From: Mycobacterium leprae TN
Lineage (GTDB): Bacteria; Actinomycetota; Actinomycetes; Mycobacteriales; Mycobacteriaceae
NCBI RefSeq assembly: GCF_000195855.1
Contig: NC_002677.1
Coordinates: 150,001 to 182,000, forward strand
Reading direction: 5' to 3'
Length of the DNA stretch: 32,000 nucleotides
Shown here: one piece after another, positions 30,027-32,000 of the stretch
Numbering within the stretch: the stretch's first letter is position 1
Layout of the letters: the number at the start of each line of letters is the position of its first letter
Program-made: the position numbers and the translations under genes
Notes under the pieces: generated by a model
Seen by the model: only the letters and a program-made list of their open reading frames with translations
The model's database searches: none
What the model was told of the DNA's origin: nothing

Positions 30027-32000
30027 ATGCGGAGTGAAAACCTCGCAGCACTACTCGCTCGACAGGCAGCAGAAGCGGGATGGTACGACAAGCCCGCCTA
30101 CTTTGCTCCGGACGTCGTGACTCATGGTCAGATCCATGACGGTGCGGTGCGTCTTGGAGAAGTGCTAAGAAACCGCGGCCTTTCAGCAGGCGATCGAGTC
30201 CTGCTATGTCTCCCTGATTCGCCGGACCTAGTCCAGCTCTTGCTGGCCTGTTTGGCTCGCGGGATCATGGCGTTCCTGGCGAATCCGGAGCTCCATCGCG
30301 ATGACTACGCGTTTCCGGAGCGCGACACCGCCGCGGCGCTTGTTATCACAAATGGTTCGCTCCGCGATCGGTTTCAATCATCGAACGTGGTAGAACCCGC
30401 TGAGCTGTTGTCCGATGCGACCCGAGTTGAGCCGAGTGACTACGAACCGGTGAGTGGTGATGCGTATGCGTTCGCTACATACACATCCGGCACCACGGGT
30501 AAGCCAAAGGCGGCGATCCATCGGCACGCCGATCCGTTCACGTTTGTCGACGCGATGTGTCGTAAAGCGTTGCGGCTCACTCCTCAAGATATCGGTTTAT
30601 GTAGCGCCCGCATGTATTTTGCTTATGGCCTAGGCAATTCGGTCTGGTTTCCGCTCGCGACAGGCGGGTCCGCGGTTATCAGTTCAGTGCCGGTCAGTGC
30701 GGAATCTGCTGCCATGTTAAGTACTCGATTCGAGCCATCGGTGCTTTACGGTGTACCAAGTTTCTTTGCAAGAGTTGTCGGTGCATGTTCTCCGGACTCT
30801 TTCCGTTCGTTGCGCTGTGTGGTAACCGCAGGAGAGGCTCTTGAGCCGGCTCTCGCCGAGCGGCTTGTGGAATTCTTTGGCGGTATTCCTATTCTGGACG
30901 GAATTGGATCTTCGGAAGTTGGCCAGACATTCGTATCGAATAGTGTTGACGACTGGCGTGTGGGGACTCTAGGAAAGGTTCTTCCTCCCTACGAGATTCG
31001 TGTTGTAGCGCCGGATGGAGCAACCGCTGGTTCTGGGATTGAGGGGAACCTGTGGGTCCGCGGACCATCGATCGCACAGTCCTATTGGAATCGTCCCGAT
31101 TCGCTGCTGGAGAATGGGGATTGGCTGAACACGCGGGATAGGGTACGTATCGACGGTGACGGGTGGGTTACGTACGGTTGCCGTGCGGATGACACGGAAA
31201 TCGTTGGAGGCGTCAACATTAATCCTCGGGAGGTTGAGCGGCTCATTATTGAGGCCGACGCCGTGGCGGAGGCCGCGGTTGTTGGAGTAAGGGAGTTCAC
31301 CGGCGCGTCTACGCTGCAGGCGTTTTTGGTTCCGGCGGTCGGTGCGTTCATTGATGAATCGGTTATGCGAGACGTCCACCGGCGATTGCTTACCCAACTG
31401 ACTGCTTTCAAGGTGCCGCATAGATTTGCTATTATCGAGCGGCTCCCGCGATCTACGAACGGGAAATTGTTACGTAACGTGCTTCGTGCCCAGAGTCCAA
31501 CGAAACCGATTTGGGAACTTTCGTTGACCGAGTCTCAGTCCGCCACGAAGGCACAGCTTGACGGTCGGCCGGCATCGAACGCGCATGCGCAGGCTGCTGT
31601 GGGACATGCCGCCGGGGCAACGCTCAAACAGCGGTTGTCTGCTTTGCAGCAAGAACGTGAGCGGCTGGTCGTGGAGGCCGTCTGTGCGGAGGCCGTTAAG
31701 ATGTTGGGCGAGTCGGATCCTGGATTGATCAATCGGGATCTCGCTTTCTCGGATCTGGGTTTCGATTCACAAATGACAGTCACGCTGTGTAATCGATTGG
31801 CGGTAGTTACCGGCCTGCGGCTGCCCGAAACGGTCGGGTGGGATTACGGCTCGATATCGGGCCTCTCCCGGTATTTAGAGGCTGAATTGTCCGGTGTGCG
31901 TAGTCGGCCGGAAACGCCTCTTTCAGCGAATTCCGGCGCGAAGGGCCTCTCGCCAATCGACGAGGAGTTGAAGAAAGTCGAAGAGATGGTGGTGGCGATT
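30027..32000 (+). CDS. fadD22: p-Hydroxybenzoyl-AMP ligase with C-terminal aryl carrier domain, FadD22 (Rv2948c-like); 3' end beyond the window
   Basis: Translated by hand. The reading frame is open from the ATG at 30027 to the window end (658 codons) and starts [26 protein letters not shown]. The adenylation motifs are [16 protein letters not shown] and NGKLLR. The carrier motif is DLGFDSQ, with its Ser codon at 31767-31769. It is absent from the supplied ORF track. Confidence 0.9.
   Translation, partial: MRSENLAALLARQAAEAGWYDKPAYFAPDVVTHGQIHDGAVRLGEVLRNRGLSAGDRVLLCLPDSPDLVQLLLACLARGIMAFLANPELHRDDYAFPERDTAAALVITNGSLRDRFQSSNVVEPAELLSDATRVEPSDYEPVSGDAYAFATYTSGTTGKPKAAIHRHADPFTFVDAMCRKALRLTPQDIGLCSARMYFAYGLGNSVWFPLATGGSAVISSVPVSAESAAMLSTRFEPSVLYGVPSFFARVVGACSPDSFRSLRCVVTAGEALEPALAERLVEFFGGIPILDGIGSSEVGQTFVSNSVDDWRVGTLGKVLPPYEIRVVAPDGATAGSGIEGNLWVRGPSIAQSYWNRPDSLLENGDWLNTRDRVRIDGDGWVTYGCRADDTEIVGGVNINPREVERLIIEADAVAEAAVVGVREFTGASTLQAFLVPAVGAFIDESVMRDVHRRLLTQLTAFKVPHRFAIIERLPRSTNGKLLRNVLRAQSPTKPIWELSLTESQSATKAQLDGRPASNAHAQAAVGHAAGATLKQRLSALQQERERLVVEAVCAEAVKMLGESDPGLINRDLAFSDLGFDSQMTVTLCNRLAVVTGLRLPETVGWDYGSISGLSRYLEAELSGVRSRPETPLSANSGAKGLSPIDEELKKVEEMVVAI

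Overview
This window looks like a reductively evolved mycobacterial chromosome, most likely Mycobacterium leprae or a very close relative. That call rests on remembered similarity to M. tuberculosis H37Rv proteins and on the high density of decayed genes; no search was run. It has three parts. (1) 1-12.6 kb is a conserved cell-wall core block, mostly on the minus strand: dprE2 (5' part), dprE1, a GtrA-like protein, rfbD/glfT1/rfbE, the proteasome activator bpa, an Rv3779-like GT-C transferase, an Rv3778c-like aminotransferase, a quinone oxidoreductase, tRNA-Ser, lipE and echA21. (2) 12.8-16.9 kb has no intact protein-coding gene. It holds two intact tRNAs (Ser-GCU, Arg-ACG), at least two recognisable gene relics (hisC-like aminotransferase, APH-family phosphotransferase) and a perfect 39-nt palindrome. 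It also appears to be a synteny junction. (3) 16.9-32 kb is a phenolic glycolipid (PGL) locus. It contains two near-identical GT1-family glycosyltransferase genes flanking two sugar O-methyltransferase genes, followed by homologues of Rv2953, Rv2952, Rv2951c, fadD29, Rv2949c (chorismate pyruvate-lyase) and fadD22. The fadD22 ORF runs off the 3' edge and is absent from the ORF track. I found no CRISPR array, no transposase or IS element, and no convincing wholly new system. The most unusual signal is the mosaic structure of the glycosyltransferase duplication. Its 3' 662 bp and its 85-nt leader are identical between copies, and all divergence sits in five short patches of the N-terminal half. 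The genes between the two copies are visibly AT-richer than their surroundings.
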